DNA of 64,000 nucleotides from Candidatus Bathyarchaeota archaeon (GTDB taxonomy: Archaea; Thermoproteota; Bathyarchaeia; Bathyarchaeales; Bathycorpusculaceae), in assembly GCA_963720565.1 (NCBI GenBank), contig CAVRFW010000007.1, forward strand, positions 1 through 64,000. Direction: 5' to 3'. Shown piece by piece: positions 63,639 through 64,000 of the stretch. How positions within the stretch are numbered: position 1 is the first letter of the stretch; every line of letters starts with the position of its first letter. The position numbers and the translations under genes were made by a program. The notes under the pieces were generated by a model. That model was not told where the DNA came from. It made no database searches and worked only from the letters and a program-made list of their open reading frames with translations.

Positions 63639-64000
63639 ATGGAGAGCAAAAAACACTTGACAACCGACCAAGGCGTGCCGGTCACTGACAATCAAAACTC
63701 TTTAACCGTCGGTGAACGCGGTCCTGTCTTGCTGCAAGATGTTCAATTTATTGAGAAGATGGCTCATTTTGATAGAGAGCGTATCCCCGAACGAGTTGTT
63801 CATGCCAAGGGGGCAGGAGCGCATGGGCATTTTCAAGTTTATAGAAACATGGCGGCCTACACCAAGGCGAAGTTCCTTCAAGATCCAGAGAAGAAAACCC
63901 CTGTCCTAGTAAGGTTTTCAACCGTGACCGGAGGAAGAGGCTCAGTTGATACTGCGCGAGATCCCCGGGGATTTGCCGTAAAGTTCTACACTGATGAGGG
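63639..64000 (+). CDS. katA: Monofunctional heme catalase (5' part; runs off the window)
   Basis: [65 protein letters not shown]. Confidence 0.95.
   Translation, partial: MESKKHLTTDQGVPVTDNQNSLTVGERGPVLLQDVQFIEKMAHFDRERIPERVVHAKGAGAHGHFQVYRNMAAYTKAKFLQDPEKKTPVLVRFSTVTGGRGSVDTARDPRGFAVKFYTDE

Overview
Archaeal chromosomal DNA, most likely Bathyarchaeia. This is inferred from an archaeal histone, TrmB/PadR/ArsR-DUF1724 regulators, a membrane-tethered ArsR, TATA/BRE promoters and secreted proteins ending in an EPFPT...GLLVYxKKR anchor. The window is a mosaic accessory region containing clpB, hydrolases, an arsM/HgcC-like thiol cluster, a large STAND ATPase, a full phosphate-uptake (pst/phoU) locus, pyruvate kinase, a P2-type ATPase, a stand-alone TIR-like gene, a histone, ABC exporters, a surface-protein array and a Fur/PerR-catalase pair. 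Many genes, mostly in the first 30 kb, carry single-base frameshifts that look like long-read consensus errors, so several coordinates are reconstructed. No rRNA, intact tRNA, CRISPR array, transposase or integrase was recognised. The strongest unexplained signals are four. (1) An unannotated 16-aa histone-H1-like micropeptide (MAKKKAAKKKAPAKKA), with its own promoter, RBS and terminator, sits head-to-head with a tailless histone. (2) A DNA motif CTGGTTTAYnnCmAGAAAC is conserved even at synonymous positions in the anchors of unrelated surface genes and also occurs as orphan full and half copies around the histone. (3) (CG)n tracts are enriched at junctions between gene modules, several lying at the ends of gene remnants; with (2) this hints at a gene-shuffling mechanism. 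(4) A STAND-TPR-Ig-wHTH gene is bracketed by inverted repeats.
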